Under the pieces are notes generated by a model that saw only the letters and a list, made by a program, of their open reading frames with translations, ran no database searches and had not been told where the DNA came from. A stretch of 64,000 nt of DNA, taken from positions 1 to 64,000 of the IMG/VR virus record IMGVR_UViG_3300032287_003113; one strand, given 5' to 3'. Positions 1 to 9,936 of the stretch are shown one piece after another (positions within the stretch are counted from its first letter, which is position 1; each line of letters starts with the position of its first letter). A program made the translations under genes and the position numbers.

Positions 1-1612
1 CATTTGATAATCTAACTCCTGTTGGGAATGTTGTGGTACCAGTGTTGCTAAATGTCCAGGTGTATCCATTCTTGACAATGTTGGCAGCAATGTTGCCTGA
101 GTATGTGGGCAAGTATTCAGCCACATTGGCGTTGGCATAGGTGCCAGCCACTGTGCTCAAGATGTTCACCCCATTGGCAAAGTTGTATTGATTGGCATTG
201 ATGTTGCCTGCTGTGACATTACCTGTTATATAGGCGCCACGGTTGGCAACTAAATTGCCAGATGCACTGATGTTGCCTTCGTTGACCGCATTTCCAGCTG
301 TGGAAATTGAGCTAAATCCAGATATACTTGGTGCCGGACTAGCACCGGTTGTGATGAGTCCAAAAGATAGTTGCACATATTCGGCTCGTACATTACCTGA
401 GTATGTGGGCAGGTATTCAGCCACGTTGGCATTGGCATACACTTGTGTTTGTAATGTGGCAATACTTGTGGCTTGTGTGGCCGCATTGGAGAACAATGTG
501 GCAATGTTGGCTGACTGTACAGCGGCATTGGCATATAGATCTGTAACAGTAGGACTAGAGATAGCACCAACCTGTATATCATCATATACGGCATTGGTAA
601 AGTCGATAGTGGCGCCAGGCTGTGCTGTTACATTGCTAAACAGTCGCCAGTTGCCGGCACTGGCGTCACGTACCAAGCCGGTATGTTGTAATACAGCACC
701 CGCTGTGCGATGACCAACAAAACCTAGATCCAACGAGTCAGCTGGATTGCCATCTGCTATCTGTAGGATATTGTCATCAATGGTGTAAGTGGTTGTATTG
801 ATAATGGTGCTATTTCCGTTAACAATTAGATTGCCACCCACTGTCAAGTTACCGCTGGTTGACAATGATCCAATCACGCTGGATGACAGATATGTGTCGA
901 CATTGGCATTGGCATACACTTGTGTTTGTAATGTGGCAATACTTGTTGCCTGTGTGGCCGCATTGGCCACAGTACTGAAGGTTAGGTTACCATAAGTTTG
1001 ATATGCACCCAGGTTGGCATTGACGGTGTTGATACCGGTTGCTTGTGTTGCGGCGTTGGCATTGGCAAAAGTTTGATATGCACCCAAGTTGGCTGAGACA
1101 GTATTAACTTGTGTGTTTGCGTAGGTTTGACTGCCACCAATGTTGGCATTAACTGCATTGATGCTGGTGGCTTGTGTGGCCGCATTGGTATGCAATGTGC
1201 CAATATTGGCACCAATGTAAGATTCAACGTTGGCGTTGCCATAAGTTCCGGCGGCATTGGCAATGGCCTGAGCCTGTATGGCCGCATTTGATGTCAGACT
1301 GGTTATGGCCGCATTGGCCGCTGTGATGTTTGCGTTGATGTTGCCAATAATGCTGGATGTCAACAAGTGCAAGGCCACGTTGGCATTGCCGTAACTGCTG
1401 GTACCAAATGTGGCATTAGCATAGGTTCCTAGTGCTTGTAATTGTACATTGGTGGCCAGGGTGCTCATGCCACCCGGAGTTACGCCATCCTGTACACGTA
1501 CAGTACGCAATCCAGTGTCCACAACCAATTCACCCAATGGACCCACGTAGGTATTTGCCGCGGTGGTATTACCACGCTTCATTAAAATCTGTGATATATT
1601 GATACGTGCCAT
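1..1612 (-). CDS. Tail fibre/receptor-binding protein with Mtd-type N-terminal domain (partial, runs off window start)
   Basis: ATG at 1610-1612 translates MARINISQILMKRGNTTAANTYVGPLGELVVDTGLRTVRVQDGVTPGG (RG...GEL..DT....+.DG.T.GG pattern of Mtd_N/hyaluronidase N-termini), then NAATQATSI/YxNANV repeats. Absent from the ORF track, consistent with the stop lying outside the window. Confidence 0.8.
   Translation of the reverse strand, partial: MARINISQILMKRGNTTAANTYVGPLGELVVDTGLRTVRVQDGVTPGGMSTLATNVQLQALGTYANATFGTSSYGNANVALHLLTSSIIGNINANITAANAAITSLTSNAAIQAQAIANAAGTYGNANVESYIGANIGTLHTNAATQATSINAVNANIGGSQTYANTQVNTVSANLGAYQTFANANAATQATGINTVNANLGAYQTYGNLTFSTVANAATQATSIATLQTQVYANANVDTYLSSSVIGSLSTSGNLTVGGNLIVNGNSTIINTTTYTIDDNILQIADGNPADSLDLGFVGHRTAGAVLQHTGLVRDASAGNWRLFSNVTAQPGATIDFTNAVYDDIQVGAISSPTVTDLYANAAVQSANIATLFSNAATQATSIATLQTQVYANANVAEYLPTYSGNVRAEYVQLSFGLITTGASPAPSISGFSSISTAGNAVNEGNISASGNLVANRGAYITGNVTAGNINANQYNFANGVNILSTVAGTYANANVAEYLPTYSGNIAANIVKNGYTWTFSNTGTTTFPTGVRLSN
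94..966. repeat. Internal direct repeats in the tail-fibre gene
   Basis: ~65-bp near-identical copies at ~425-489 and ~903-966; ~45-bp copies at ~94-139 and ~394-438. Confidence 0.85.
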
Positions 1613-1613
1613 C

Positions 1614-2123
1614 TTAGATTGAACCGCCGTCTAGGGTGTAAGTGTCTGATTGTGCAGGTGGTGTTGAGTTGGCATAGTAAGCTGGTAACACTTCTAAATC
1701 CAACGGAACTCCATAATTGTCATCAATGTATACTGGACGTGTCACGTCTGTACTGGTAACTGTGGTACTGAATGCCAACTTGTAAAAACGCTGTTCTAGG
1801 CCGTTGATGGTGTTGGCATCAAAGGTAAATGTGCCACGTCCCAACTGGATATTTCCGCCCACATTGGCGCCAAACAACACAGGATAGCTTTTGACAGTCA
1901 ACTGATTGGTTGGATCTTGTATACTGGCAGTAACACTACTACCAGACAAATCAACTTTTTTCTGGTCTTGATTTCGTATGATAACTTGGATAGGATTGTC
2001 TACACCTTGGTAGACTTTGATTGGGCGGCTGTACACTTGGCGGTTCCTTGTTGTAAATATTGCGGGGTCAAAAACCTGCACCTCGGCAAGATTTGGATAT
2101 AAATATGCTTTGACAGTAATCAT
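1614..2123 (-). CDS. Hypothetical protein, probably virion/baseplate-associated
   Basis: 169 aa, beta-rich, directly upstream of the fibre gene; ATAAATA late-type motif upstream (~2144-2150). Confidence 0.5.
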   Translation of the reverse strand: MITVKAYLYPNLAEVQVFDPAIFTTRNRQVYSRPIKVYQGVDNPIQVIIRNQDQKKVDLSGSSVTASIQDPTNQLTVKSYPVLFGANVGGNIQLGRGTFTFDANTINGLEQRFYKLAFSTTVTSTDVTRPVYIDDNYGVPLDLEVLPAYYANSTPPAQSDTYTLDGGSI

Positions 2124-2158
2124 TTATTTGCTCGTCTTTAACATATTTATCGGACAAC

Positions 2159-2533
2159 GTGGAAGAACACTACAAGCAACTGCTCGCACAATACCCATAC
2201 CTAAGCCATATCACCTATGGCGGTAATGACTACATTGGCATCATACAAAATTCAGACGAAGTTATAACTACACTTTATGATTTTGGTCTACTCAAGGACA
2301 CTGAAGTCAAGAAGACCTTCTTGAGCCTGGGCGAAACATGGTGGTGGGAAAGCAACAGGCTCATGCCCATCAATGTGTTTTTAAAGCAAGATTGGAGTAT
2401 ATTCCGAGTGTGTCTACGTACCATGAACAGCAAGGACGTAGAAATCAAAATGGGCCCTTATGTGAGCCTGAAAGAAATGGCTACCAAACGTAGCAAACGC
2501 AAATCAATAACCCTAGTTCGTAAAGTTAGTTAA
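2159..2533 (+). CDS. Hypothetical phage protein
   Basis: 124-aa ORF with WWWESNR motif; fills the gap between neighbouring genes. Confidence 0.6.
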   Translation: MEEHYKQLLAQYPYLSHITYGGNDYIGIIQNSDEVITTLYDFGLLKDTEVKKTFLSLGETWWWESNRLMPINVFLKQDWSIFRVCLRTMNSKDVEIKMGPYVSLKEMATKRSKRKSITLVRKVS

Positions 2534-3094
2534 CAAATTCATATTGACCACAACTAAATGGCTGTACGCACAACTGTGGCTCTTCTTGAACGCATATTGC
2601 CCATCATCTGTTTGATCCCAAATTGTTCGAGCAACTTCTGCCCAGGGCCGGCCTATCAAGTGACGCTTGGCCGGACGGATTATGGCCATAAACATCATTA
2701 GTCTGGGTATTGAGTTTACTGCTTCGGGCATTTGAATCAGAGTCTTATAGTGATTGCCAATGTGTATTAATCGTCCACAGAACTCAGGATCATACAATCT
2801 ATCCCACTCGGGTTCTTGAGTCATCAATTGCTGTAAATGTTCTTCATTCTTTATCTGCGTATATAATGATACGTTTAGGAAATCCAACTTTGTATAACCA
2901 CGTGCCTCTGCTGACTCATAATCAATGCTGGCACGCCCTGTAAAAGGATCCATGGGAATGTCTGTGACATAAACACCTGTGTTGTGTGCTACCCAGACGC
3001 CATCCCGGTTGATACTGGCAGGGGTATGTTTGAGCAATCGTAATGCTTGAGTACGATCCGCAAAGTCAATGTCAATGTCTGACTGAAACTTCAT
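2513..3094 (-). CDS. DNA polymerase III alpha (DnaE)-like stand-alone fragment
   Basis: DIDIDFADR, HNTGVYV, KLDFLN, IIRPA and YAFKKSHSCAY match C-family polymerase motifs; likely start ATG 3094 (193 aa). Confidence 0.75.
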   Translation of the reverse strand: MKFQSDIDIDFADRTQALRLLKHTPASINRDGVWVAHNTGVYVTDIPMDPFTGRASIDYESAEARGYTKLDFLNVSLYTQIKNEEHLQQLMTQEPEWDRLYDPEFCGRLIHIGNHYKTLIQMPEAVNSIPRLMMFMAIIRPAKRHLIGRPWAEVARTIWDQTDDGQYAFKKSHSCAYSHLVVVNMNLLTNFTN

Positions 3095-3210
3095 AGTCCT
3101 GAGCCCGGTAATGCATTCAGCATGGATATTGGCATGTTTGTCACTGCAAAATAAAATGCTATGATTGCCAGTATACATAATGTCCAAAAGTAAATTTCGT
3201 CCCACTTCAT
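3091..3210 (-). CDS. Small membrane protein
   Basis: MKWDEIYFWTLCILAIIAFYFAV has one hydrophobic helix; ATGA overlaps with both neighbours. Confidence 0.5.
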   Translation of the reverse strand: MKWDEIYFWTLCILAIIAFYFAVTNMPISMLNALPGSGL

Positions 3211-3887
3211 AAGCCAGCCTTTGCTAATATATCTTTGACCCATTCGGTATCCGCCAGATAGTCTTTGAATTTGCGTTGCCAATGATCAGGATCAATCCAA
3301 GGTAGAATCATTCCTACTTGCTCCTCGGTAAGATTTTCCAAGCATTCCACCCCTGACTGGGCATTAAACACAATCCAAGGACTAATGCGGCCAGTAGCAA
3401 TATGATGACAGATACGATTGCTATTGCCATAGCGAAAATAATCACTAAAACCGTTTTTGAGTTCCGGATGGTCGTCTGCATAATCTTGCATTTCCTTTAG
3501 GGCACGTTCAAGTGCATCTTGTGTGGCTTCTCTGCGTAGGTACTCGTGCAAGTACTCAACATAAAAATCGTCTTTGAGCCATTGATCTATTTTCTTGTTG
3601 TTCTTCAACAGCCACTCCAAGAACGCCGGCGGATTAATGCCACGAATACCCACCATGTGCCTGCCCCATTTGACAAAAGCATTATAGTAAGGGCTCTTAA
3701 CAAAATCATCATAGCTCTTTAGCTTGGCACTACCTTGCGTTATTTCATAAAAACGCAAGTAAGCCCTGAGTCCCAGTTGCACACCAGTTTCCTTTTCTTG
3801 TTGCCAACGTCGCTTGGGTTCACACAGATGCACAGCCAAGGTACTTTCTTTGCTGAAATCTTTTTCGCAATAACGACACTTATACAT
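3207..3887 (-). CDS. Hypothetical protein with N-terminal zinc finger
   Basis: YKCRYCEKDF...LAVHLC is C2H2/C2HC-like. Confidence 0.6.
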   Translation of the reverse strand: MYKCRYCEKDFSKESTLAVHLCEPKRRWQQEKETGVQLGLRAYLRFYEITQGSAKLKSYDDFVKSPYYNAFVKWGRHMVGIRGINPPAFLEWLLKNNKKIDQWLKDDFYVEYLHEYLRREATQDALERALKEMQDYADDHPELKNGFSDYFRYGNSNRICHHIATGRISPWIVFNAQSGVECLENLTEEQVGMILPWIDPDHWQRKFKDYLADTEWVKDILAKAGL

Positions 3888-4533
3888 TCTTTACGTAATC
3901 CACCAAATACCGAACTAGTATTATAACATCTTCGCTGTAGTGATGTCTAGCGTTGGCGGGTAAATCTAGATCTTTTTCAAAAGGTTTGCAACCATTTTGT
4001 TCTAGATATTCATTGCCAATAAACGAAAATGGAACAAATCCTGTTCCCAGATCTATGTTTTGATGGTGGCGCTCGCAAGTGTTAAAAATACAAAAGCCTA
4101 TACCTTTGTTTTTTAAGTAACCCGAAAACATACGCAGATCCAAATACAATTGATTTAAATACTGCATGCCAATGTCGTAACGATAACGATCCAGTATGTA
4201 ATCACCAATCATTTTGTGTTCCACTGTGCTGTCAAAGTCATTGACATCGCAAAAAGTGGCCTGCATGCCCTGGCGATTATAACTGACCCAATGTCCTTCT
4301 CTGGGTTTAGGTATGGTCAGAAACGGACTTTCTTGACGATCATAAAAGGTCAGGCCCAAGACAACAAAATCCACTGGATTTGTTTCTATGTAGTCCACAG
4401 TGGTGCGTATGATACGTCTATTACTGCTACCAGCTTTGGCTATGTTTACAGCTGAGCCGCCAAGCAGTTGACCAAACTGATTTTGATAGTGATAGCTGTC
4501 CATAAAACTACAGCCATTGATCAAAATGTTCAT
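3880..4533 (-). CDS. SGNH-like hypothetical protein
   Basis: NGCSF, N.AKAGSSN and C-terminal RHH motifs. Confidence 0.5.
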   Translation of the reverse strand: MNILINGCSFMDSYHYQNQFGQLLGGSAVNIAKAGSSNRRIIRTTVDYIETNPVDFVVLGLTFYDRQESPFLTIPKPREGHWVSYNRQGMQATFCDVNDFDSTVEHKMIGDYILDRYRYDIGMQYLNQLYLDLRMFSGYLKNKGIGFCIFNTCERHHQNIDLGTGFVPFSFIGNEYLEQNGCKPFEKDLDLPANARHHYSEDVIILVRYLVDYVKNV

Positions 4534-5000
4534 AGCTCTTTCTTGATATCTTTGTCTGCCCAGCCCATGCCTTTGGCGTAGGCTTTAAGATCATCTTTGT
4601 CGTTGAGTTCACTCATCAGCTTGAGATCATCTTCTTTCAAATGCGGATACAGTTCACGCAAAAACTTGATTGACTTGTTGTCGTTGGTTTTCTTTTTTGG
4701 GGCAATCCATTGATGATACTGATTGCCCATGCCTGGACTTACAGTTGTGGCCAGCAACCATTGTAGTTTTTTGTGTTGTGCGGTGTTTACATCAAAGAAA
4801 TGTTTGTTAAGACGCTCGTTACAACTCATCAAGTAGTAGGCCTGCAAGTCTGGGTTACCTGTCACAGTTGCGCCATAACGAATCATCAAGAACGGGCTAA
4901 ACTTTTTCTTTTCTTCGTCAGTTAAACTGTCGTAAAAGTTCCTGTCTTTGCGATCAAATGCAGACATTTCACTCTTGATGCTTAACTTATCTTCACTCAT
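4530..5000 (-). CDS. Clamp loader small subunit (T4 gp62-like)
   Basis: KKFSPFLMIRY...N....H.KLQW...YHQWI pattern and size. Confidence 0.6.
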   Translation of the reverse strand: MSEDKLSIKSEMSAFDRKDRNFYDSLTDEEKKKFSPFLMIRYGATVTGNPDLQAYYLMSCNERLNKHFFDVNTAQHKKLQWLLATTVSPGMGNQYHQWIAPKKKTNDNKSIKFLRELYPHLKEDDLKLMSELNDKDDLKAYAKGMGWADKDIKKEL

Positions 5001-5277
5001 CTTGGGCTTTTTGATTGTTGCGACGTTCTTGGATGGTTAACTTTTCTTCGCCTTTGGTACGTTTGTTGTGTCTTGGATTACCGCATAGGGTACAATGTGC
5101 TTGTCCGCAATCCATTGCATGATGTTTGGCTAACCTATGCGGTTGTGCTTCGTCAATACGTTTTGAAGCTTCGCCAAAATTCTTGTGTGCTTTGATAATG
5201 TTAAGTTGCTTTTTAATTGCAGTCCACGCACGATGCATACGATCGCCGTGTTTGATTTTATCTTCTTCTTTGCTCAT
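4993..5277 (-). CDS. Hypothetical protein with Cys/His motif
   Basis: CGQAHCTLCGNPR. Confidence 0.55.
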   Translation of the reverse strand: MSKEEDKIKHGDRMHRAWTAIKKQLNIIKAHKNFGEASKRIDEAQPHRLAKHHAMDCGQAHCTLCGNPRHNKRTKGEEKLTIQERRNNQKAQDE

Positions 5278-5286
5278 ACTGTCTCC

Positions 5287-5562
5287 TTAAACTGGATGCC
5301 ACCCAGGCGGATCTTCGCCTCTTTGTAATTCATATATAACTATAACACGTTCTATAGCTTCTTGTAAAGCAGGATTTGTTTTGGCCGCATGATGTATCTG
5401 ATCCCATAAAGCAACACGCTGGGCTCTTGCATCTTTCTCTAACCTATCATAAGTCCAACCAATGGCTATTCTATCACCAGGATGGGCACCCGATTCTCTA
5501 GCGTAAGTTACACCATCTGCATGTTCGTAAATGTATGTGGCACCTGGTTTGAGTCTGCCCAT
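5287..5562 (-). CDS. Hypothetical protein
   Basis: 91-aa ORF packed within the operon. Confidence 0.55.
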   Translation of the reverse strand: MGRLKPGATYIYEHADGVTYARESGAHPGDRIAIGWTYDRLEKDARAQRVALWDQIHHAAKTNPALQEAIERVIVIYELQRGEDPPGWHPV

Positions 5563-5563
5563 G

Positions 5564-6064
5564 TTACCATACTTTTCCGTAATCGACTACTTCACTTTGG
5601 CGGCTGATATCTTTGATAAAGAAAGCACACATGGGCTTTGGGCCTTCAGTCAAGGGAATAGCCAATAGTTGTCCAGGTTTGAGTTTGGGAAAATACCATT
5701 TGACGTCTTGATAAATGTCCACGATCTCTACAGGATGGAACTCGGGCATGTAACTGGTCAGGGGATTGAATGTAAACACGTTGAATCCGCGATCATTGAT
5801 GCTGGTCAATGGTACAACTTCCAGGTCGCCAAAGTCGGGTTCGCCTATTAGGATTTGCCAATCCACCGGCATGCGAATAGTGTTGTTGCCGATGCGTAGT
5901 ACTAGTGCAGGACTGTTAAACGATTCCAAAAAAATCAAAGGTATATAAAAGTAATCGGGATCTTTGGGATCACTGTTGTCCAGTACACAAAATCGTACTT
6001 CGTCTATCTCGTCTGGAATTGAATCCATTGAGTAACTGGTGTTGTCTAGGGTTAGTATTCTCAT
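5564..6064 (-). CDS. Hypothetical protein (possible degenerate Hint-like fold)
   Basis: Start MRILTLDN overlaps the uvsW stop (ATGA); beta-strand pattern. Confidence 0.55.
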   Translation of the reverse strand: MRILTLDNTSYSMDSIPDEIDEVRFCVLDNSDPKDPDYFYIPLIFLESFNSPALVLRIGNNTIRMPVDWQILIGEPDFGDLEVVPLTSINDRGFNVFTFNPLTSYMPEFHPVEIVDIYQDVKWYFPKLKPGQLLAIPLTEGPKPMCAFFIKDISRQSEVVDYGKVW

Positions 6065-7518
6065 TGCCAATCGGCCTTCTCTAATGTAAATGGGTAGTTG
6101 GCTTCCTTGTAAAAAGCCTTGCGTCGTGTCAGGTGTCGCTTGGCAAATTTGCAAGTGCTGGTTATGTCCCAGATTTGGACGTGATCTTTGTCTTCCGCCT
6201 TGCGGATGCCACGACCGATCGACTGGATGACGCGAACAAAAGACTTACCGGGCTCAATAAGCACAAGATTAAATATCCTAGGGATATTAATGCCCACAGC
6301 AGCAACACCATAGGTAGCCACAATAATCTTATCACTGCTAATCGCAACTTCATCATATTCATCTTTCCTGTCTTTGGCTTTGGTGGCCCCCGACACAAAT
6401 ACTGCACGATCGCCTAGTCGTTCCACCAGTAATTTACCAGTGGCAATGCGATCTACTAGAACTAGCGTATTGCCGGTGCCGTTTACCCGAGCGACCAAAT
6501 CGGATATGTAATCCAATCTCTCGGATGTTTCTACTAGATATTTTAATTCTGTTTGATAATTTGTATACTCCACATGATCAACCAACTGTACTATATTTAC
6601 ATGACAGTTTGCAAGATGACCAGCTTCTTGAAGTTCACTTGCACTGAGCTTGCCCACCACATTACCTAGGCTACAGAAAATACTGACCGCGGCATAGTCT
6701 TCCTTGGGTATAGTGCCGGTCAGTCCCCAGCGGATGGGCACATGACTGAACACACCGGTCAGCAAGGTCTTCAATGCATCGGCCTTGGCCATGTGTACTT
6801 CGTCAACCATGATACATACCACATCTTCAATGAAGTCGCCGATGGTACATTCGGCTTCGTGATTCCGTGTGTTCTTTAATAAGATATTTAGACTTTGCCA
6901 AGTGCAAATGGTATGTGTCCGGCCAAATTCTTTACGGTCGCCAAAATACACACCCACATCTAGTCCTAGATTCCGATAATCATCTTCGGTCTGTGTGACC
7001 AAGCTCTTGTTAGGAACAATAATGATGCTACGTCCATAGGGCTCTATGCTCTTACTTAGGGCCGCAGTCATGATAGTTTTACCTGCTCCGGTGGCAATTT
7101 CTTGTATGCTTTGTGGATTGGTTAAAAAGTTATTCAAGATTTCTACTTGATAGTCACGCAACATAATGGGTTCACCGGCTCTAGGGTGTCCCGCAGGCCA
7201 TGCTGTGCCGGCAAAGGTATCTTCTGCAATTTGATCAAATGCAAATGAAGTTGAATATTCTCTAGTGTCTTCTACTTCAATATCGTAGCCTTGCTCTTCC
7301 AAGTAAGGCAAAATTTCTGGCAATAGATTAATATAAGTGCTACCGCCCAGCTGAAAAAACGCAACCTTGCCATCCCAGCGGCCAAGACGAACACTGGGTT
7401 GATACCTTGCCCCGGGAATTTCATATTTGAATTTATTAACGAGATTTTTACGTGTGGTCAAATCCAGTCCTTCTATTTTGACATTGACTTCATCACGTAT
7501 AATTAGTTTAGCTTGCAA
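6061..7518 (-). CDS. uvsW: UvsW-like SF2 DNA helicase
   Basis: RWDGK, LRDYQ, ATGAGKT, DEVH, GLTGT, QSIGRGIR. Confidence 0.9.
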   Translation of the reverse strand: MQAKLIIRDEVNVKIEGLDLTTRKNLVNKFKYEIPGARYQPSVRLGRWDGKVAFFQLGGSTYINLLPEILPYLEEQGYDIEVEDTREYSTSFAFDQIAEDTFAGTAWPAGHPRAGEPIMLRDYQVEILNNFLTNPQSIQEIATGAGKTIMTAALSKSIEPYGRSIIIVPNKSLVTQTEDDYRNLGLDVGVYFGDRKEFGRTHTICTWQSLNILLKNTRNHEAECTIGDFIEDVVCIMVDEVHMAKADALKTLLTGVFSHVPIRWGLTGTIPKEDYAAVSIFCSLGNVVGKLSASELQEAGHLANCHVNIVQLVDHVEYTNYQTELKYLVETSERLDYISDLVARVNGTGNTLVLVDRIATGKLLVERLGDRAVFVSGATKAKDRKDEYDEVAISSDKIIVATYGVAAVGINIPRIFNLVLIEPGKSFVRVIQSIGRGIRKAEDKDHVQIWDITSTCKFAKRHLTRRKAFYKEANYPFTLEKADWQ

Positions 7519-8693
7519 ACTTCTGGCCCTTTAGTGTTTTTATTATACACATCTTTAGTGAAGTACACAACCTTTTCGGCGGCCTGTATCCACATCTGTC
7601 TGTCGCCACCATACAGCATACCAGCACCGCTGACCATGAGTGGAATACGTTCAACTGGTTGTTTGGGTATTTTACTGGTATAGACGATTTTGGTATTGCT
7701 GTCAATGATATTGTTCGCACTCTTGTTGGTAAAATTAACTATTTGGTCAGGAAAGAACTTTGTGAATTCCGCTAACAGTCTACCACTCAGGTCAGGTTCA
7801 TACACAAATATAGGAAATCTACAGGTAAGTTCTGCATAATCAATCAAGTCTTTGATCAAGTTACCAGAAGTACCGGTATCCACTTTGAGCTGACGGTTAG
7901 CACACAGACTCCAAAATCTGGTATTAAAGTTTCTAATTACATCTGTTTCTATGTCTTTGTGTACCGAATATCCCAGCACAGGAGCATGGTCGCACAAGGT
8001 AAGAATGTTGCTTAACGCAAATCCACCCAAAGAATCGGTCACATAATCTATCAAACTTGCTTCGGCATTGGCCACAGTTAGTCCTTGATTGGCATACTGC
8101 AATTCAATCTTGAAGTCTGTTTGTTCTGTTGCCAATACCAATTTCATCAGATCTTTGACGCTGACGTCAATGTTAAAATTGTGTTGTTGGGCAAATGCAT
8201 GAATCCAGTTCAAATTCCATTCAGTCAGTGCGGCTTCGTGTATTCTAGTGTCTCGATTGTATTTAAATTGCCCTTTGCTTTCTTTGGTGGCTGTTCTTAC
8301 TGTGTCTATCAATTCTGGATCGTAAGGAAATTTAAGTTTGATTGTGTCGGTTTCAACCCAGACTCGAGTACTGCGGTCAATTTCTCTGATGGGCAATCGG
8401 TATTGAGGTGTGCGGACCGGCTCTACATCAATGCCAAGTTTAAATAATTGTCGTTCGTATTTTAGCACCAAATCCGCGGCCAACCGGGCCTGCTTGTCAG
8501 TGTAGCCCTTTTTTTGTCCCAGTGTCTGTTCAGCCAAGCTGGGTACAATTTTCATATCGTATCTGGCCAGGCTAATCGGACTTTCGCTCACTGCGAAAAT
8601 ACTGTAGTTGCTTTTACCGTCGGGCTTGCGATAACCGGCAATGATTTCAATGTAGTCTTCCACGTGAGGATGTTTAAATAATGTCAGTGCCAT
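7503..8693 (-). CDS. Hypothetical protein
   Basis: ~396-aa ORF; likely start MALTLF. Confidence 0.6.
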   Translation of the reverse strand: MALTLFKHPHVEDYIEIIAGYRKPDGKSNYSIFAVSESPISLARYDMKIVPSLAEQTLGQKKGYTDKQARLAADLVLKYERQLFKLGIDVEPVRTPQYRLPIREIDRSTRVWVETDTIKLKFPYDPELIDTVRTATKESKGQFKYNRDTRIHEAALTEWNLNWIHAFAQQHNFNIDVSVKDLMKLVLATEQTDFKIELQYANQGLTVANAEASLIDYVTDSLGGFALSNILTLCDHAPVLGYSVHKDIETDVIRNFNTRFWSLCANRQLKVDTGTSGNLIKDLIDYAELTCRFPIFVYEPDLSGRLLAEFTKFFPDQIVNFTNKSANNIIDSNTKIVYTSKIPKQPVERIPLMVSGAGMLYGGDRQMWIQAAEKVVYFTKDVYNKNTKGPEVCKLN

Positions 8694-8729
8694 GTTGCTA
8701 TTGTAACATATATTTACAGCAAAATCAAA

Positions 8730-8763
8730 TAAAAAAATCCCCGAGCGATTAAACCCGGGGATT
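8730..8763 (-). terminator. Intrinsic terminator after the AAA ATPase gene
   Basis: ATCCCCG...CGGGGAT stem followed by a T-run on the minus strand. Confidence 0.7.
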
Positions 8764-8828
8764 GTCAAACCATAACTCAGGAGCTAAAAAGAGTCATGGG
8801 CCACAGTCTAGGTGACTGTGGAAACCGT

Positions 8829-9875
8829 TTATGCTGCGGCCTTCATACAAGTTACTTCGGCCATGGCCTTCCATTTGAGTGGGAAACTCTTACGCAAGTC
8901 TGCAATCTTGATAGCCATACGCAGGCTCATTTCGCGGAACTTGTTCTTGTTGGACTCAAGGAACTCAATGATTTCATCTTGTTCACATTGAGCAAAATCG
9001 TACTCTGCAAACAACTCACCATCTTTGGCAATCTGCTTGATACGGAGTACCTTGTCACGCATGGTGTCAAGAGTCAAGTCAAGATAGTGACAACGACTTT
9101 GTAATGCATCCAAGTGATCACGCAACTTCTGGCTTTTCATTTGATCAAACTTAAGGTTGGTGATAAACACCACAGAGCCATTGAAGTTGAAGCTGTCTGG
9201 AATGCCTTCGCGACGCAACAAACTGCTATCACTCAACCACGAAATCTTACGCTTCTTACCCGAGTCCAAGGCGCCTTTGAGCAGGTTCAAGGCCACGTCA
9301 TCCAGCAAGATACTGTCACAGTCATCAAACACCAACATACAGTTGGCATCTGAATACTTGTAGAGTGTACTGTACAAACCTAGGGCAGTGGCTGAACCTT
9401 TGACAACTTCGGCACGGAGACGCTTGCCTGAGATCTGATCAAACAAACAGGCCTTTTCAACGATGCGTTCTACACCAAACGATTTACCAACGCCCGGAGG
9501 ACCTGATACGATCATGGCACGGATCTCGCCATTGGTGGCGGCCGTGGTCATTTCATCCAATATTTCAAAACGCTGACGGATACGCTCAATCACTTGTTCG
9601 TCACTTTCGGCTGCTGTTTCAAGTGCAACGGCTTCAGCCACAGGAGTGTTACCAGCTTCAACAAAATCTGCTTCTGTTACAAAATCGTAGTCACTCATGC
9701 CATCAACCTTGACACGGATTTCTTCTGGAAAGCCAGGAAACCGGCCACCATTTTTGACAGTGACATAGCCACCTTTGGCTGTGAATTTATATTGTTCTAC
9801 CAATTGGAATACCTGACCGCTCACATCTGTTGTGCGATATGCGCCAGATTTAATGCGAATAAATGATACTGACAT
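8829..9875 (-). CDS. AAA+/P-loop ATPase
   Basis: GPPGVGKS Walker A, LVFDDCD Walker B, FITN, ALQSR. Confidence 0.8.
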   Translation of the reverse strand: MSVSFIRIKSGAYRTTDVSGQVFQLVEQYKFTAKGGYVTVKNGGRFPGFPEEIRVKVDGMSDYDFVTEADFVEAGNTPVAEAVALETAAESDEQVIERIRQRFEILDEMTTAATNGEIRAMIVSGPPGVGKSFGVERIVEKACLFDQISGKRLRAEVVKGSATALGLYSTLYKYSDANCMLVFDDCDSILLDDVALNLLKGALDSGKKRKISWLSDSSLLRREGIPDSFNFNGSVVFITNLKFDQMKSQKLRDHLDALQSRCHYLDLTLDTMRDKVLRIKQIAKDGELFAEYDFAQCEQDEIIEFLESNKNKFREMSLRMAIKIADLRKSFPLKWKAMAEVTCMKAAA

Positions 9876-9907
9876 ACTTAGCTCCTTCTTATTAACTTAA
9901 TACAACT

Positions 9908-9936
9908 ATTATACATTAATGGGAATTATTGGTCAA
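9908..9936 (-). promoter_or_regulatory. sigma70-type promoter
   Basis: TTGACC-N17-TATAAT. Confidence 0.8.

Noticed and set aside
243-1291. ORFs 243-713, 250-594, 789-995, 982-1287 and 1109-1291
   Set aside because: Antisense or off-frame shadows of the repetitive minus-strand fibre gene.
1-1612. Diversity-generating retroelement suggested by the Mtd-type N-terminus
   Set aside because: No reverse transcriptase in the window and the repeats are coding modules, not an adenine-biased TR/VR pair.
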